Assembly (NCBI GenBank): GCA_964036045.1
Contig: OZ038379.1
Coordinates: 39,494,001-39,558,000, forward strand
Length of the DNA: 64,000 nt
Origin: Eutreptiella sp. 'Long Island Sound 2002'
Lineage: Eukaryota > Protista > Euglenida
Reading direction: 5' to 3'
How positions within the stretch are numbered: position 1 is the stretch's first letter; each line of letters starts with the position of its first letter. Made by a program: the position numbers and the translations under genes. This document shows positions 63,101 to 64,000 of this stretch, piece by piece. The notes under the pieces were generated by a model, which made no database searches, had not been told where the DNA came from, and was given only the letters and a program-made list of their open reading frames with translations.

Positions 63101-63634
63101 CATATCATGGAGTTAGAGGGACACAAACAGCTCGTTGACACGGGGAAGTCAAGTAGCACGTGCAGTGTACCCACTGTTTCCCTTCGTTTGGCCGTTTTGA
63201 GTGTGCTCCGGGGCTTTTTTGGCCCAAAAATGGCTATTTTTGGCCCCAAAGTGCAGTTTTTGAAATTGAGGTCCGCCACTTGCGAATCCCGTTCCTGGCC
63301 GCCACCGTTCAGTTTCTTGCTCAAACTTTGTGTGTAAATACTTCACACCCATAGGTATCATCCAGCTAAATTTCACCCAAATCTGAAGCACCACGACGGA
63401 GTTCCGATTTTTACCCATTTCGCGCGTCCTGCGCCTTGCTGCTTGCTGCTGCTGCTTGCTGCTGCTGCTGCTAAACGTGGTAGGTCCACCCTAGACACTA
63501 AAAAGGGTTATAAAACCAAGACTGGTTCCACCAGCTCGGTGACCCTAATCAAGACTGAATATTGGGACCGAGCTGGTGGGGGAGGGAACATCAGCTATGA
63601 CTGGTGAGGGACATCGAGAATGATTCACACATTG
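60142..63634 (+). repeat. Tandem array of three ~1.0-1.2-kb units plus a terminal ~90-bp repeat, with CCCTAA motifs at the junctions
   Basis: CCCTAATCAAGACTGAATATTGGGACCGAGCTGGTG starts at 60154, 61318, 62355 and 63543 (periods 1164, 1037, 1188). One to three CCCTAA copies per junction. Confidence 0.92.
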
Positions 63635-64000
63635 GGGGAATCTTTGCACTGCGCGCGCACTGCGCGCTACTTTTAGACTATGTTCCCCCGGAAGAGCCCC
63701 CAAGCACACCCCTTGGAAACGCCCTTAGAATTAGGTGACCCAAACTGCCCCAGCTCAAGAAAGATCCAAACCACCTTCCATGAACATAACACACATCATG
63801 CACACCTGGAAAGGCCATGAACAGCGCATTGGTCGCCACCCTCAAGAACACACAACTGTCTTTCTGGTCCATTGTCAACTAAGTACACATTGAGAATACG
63901 CAACTTGTGTGCACAACATGACACAGTTGCAGAATCAAAGAAATGTCACACTGTCACATGTGTGCGTGTCTATGCAATCCGTACAATATTGCAATTCACA

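Overview
Repeat-dense eukaryotic nuclear DNA, almost certainly from a phototrophic euglenid. The evidence is a Euglena-type spliced-leader (SL) sequence, a chlorophyll a/b LHCII-type polyprotein with AMFAA-like linkers, and CCCTAA telomere-type motifs. I found no intact host gene. The window is a nest of non-LTR retrotransposons (several APE/RT/RNase H lineages), MITE-like TIR elements and satellites. The main result is a 17.6-kb retro-insertion at 31992-49584. It starts with an SL, ends in poly(A), has an exact 10-bp TSD, and splits an older LINE copy whose reading frame rejoins across the TSD. Its coding content runs from an LHC-polyprotein-derived ORF through P/Q/H/Y-rich, RING-finger and unknown modules to APE-RT-RNase H, with up to four 2A/StopGo-like motifs between modules. 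Nested inside it is a 2.7-kb DNA transposon (5-bp TSD, TGT...ACA TIRs) with a decayed transposase whose D-D-CxxC-H-HxxxxH-(E) motif order matches RAG1/Transib. All calls come from manual reading and translation; no database searches were run.
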